Source of the DNA: Octopus sinensis
Lineage: Eukaryota
Direction of reading: 5' to 3'
NCBI RefSeq assembly: GCF_006345805.1
Contig: NC_042997.1
Location: forward strand, 106,826,001 to 106,890,000
Length of the DNA stretch: 64,000 bases
The position numbers and the translations under genes were made by a program. Position 1 is the stretch's first letter, and each line of letters opens with the position of its first letter. The notes beneath the pieces were generated by a model. That model was not told the DNA's origin, did not search any database, and saw only the letters and a program-made list of their open reading frames with translations. This document shows positions 63,135-64,000 of this stretch, in pieces.

Positions 63135-63392
63135 AGTTAAGACCTCGTGACTGGCACGAACTGATTAGATTTTGGAATCAATCCGGTACTGAACAAGGAT
63201 TCTGGATTATTTTTCTTGTTTTTTTTACTTAATTTTTGAGAGCGATCGGGTTCATTTTTAGTATTCTCATTTGTTAGAGCAGTTGAGTTTATTTGAGATA
63301 TTCTCATTTTAAAAATCATCTCTGGCTAATCGTTGAGAGGACGTTAGTGTTGCCTTGGTGGAGCTTTGCACTCTCTGAGTGCTCTTGTTTTA
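63135..63392 (+). mobile_element. Helentron-associated non-autonomous element 3' end
   Basis: Sub-terminal 'gccttggtggag', then hairpin GCACTC-tct-GAGTGC (63368-63382) and a T-rich end; 5' partner repeat not found. Confidence 0.45.
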
Positions 63393-64000
63393 TTTAATTT
63401 GCTCAAAATTTTTTGAAGAAAAATTCGTAAACAAATAAATAAGACAAATTACCATACTTTTCCAATTTGATGTTTCCTATGAATAATTAACTTTAAAAAA
63501 TTGCCATCATTGATGTTGTTATGTTATTGTTATTTAATTCAAATTTAGTTTTCAAACACAGACTGTATAATCAAAGACATTTCAACCGTGACAATTCCAT
63601 CATTTTCTTTATACATCATGTATCTTAGACAACTATTGATGGGATTTTGCATTAGGTATCCATACCTTATGAGAAAGGAAAAGATTATTTTTTAAAGCAT
63701 TCTTGTGTTTTTCATACAACAGAAATTACGATTCTGGAAAAGGAAAGAAAATTAAAATCTTAAAATTTTGTTGCCTTTCTTGTATGCATAGGACACCTAA
63801 TTTGAAATTCCTTCCATCTTTCTTTTAAGAAAGTCAGTAGGATGTGTATTGGTTCAAGGGATATTTGGCTGCTATCTCTAACGAGTCAAGCAACCGTGTA
63901 TACATCGTCCTCAGTGGTTTGTGTTGTTGCTGTTTTAGGACAATAGATATTGGCAAGAATCACTGATGACTGGACAAAATATGCCTTAGGGTTATTTTGT

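Overview
AT-rich, microsatellite-rich eukaryotic DNA with no prokaryotic operon or CRISPR structure. The repeat content looks like a coleoid cephalopod (Octopus-type) genome; this is my inference from recognising the repeat families and was not checked against a database. Most of the window is intronic/intergenic and filled with tRNA-head SINEs, RTE/CR1/R4 LINE 3' fragments, decayed mariner and maT-like transposases, piggyBac- and hAT-type MITEs, one complete non-autonomous Helitron and one Helentron-like end. Nearly all ORFs in the supplied track are microsatellite or transposon artefacts. Two low-confidence spliced exon chains of unknown product converge near 7.2-8.3 kb. The standout feature is at 44172-44873: a near-perfect head-to-tail dimer of a 353-bp unit. 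Each unit carries a complete type I hammerhead ribozyme (CUGACGA core, 5-bp stem II, GAAA, palindromic mini stem III, GUC cleavage site, extended stem I with internal loop). This is the architecture of a non-LTR retrozyme that could release a 353-nt circularisable RNA. A second, degenerate minimal hammerhead lies in a Penelope-like fragment at about 36.3 kb. A 62-bp tandem array with a covarying pseudoknot motif lies at about 41.3 kb.
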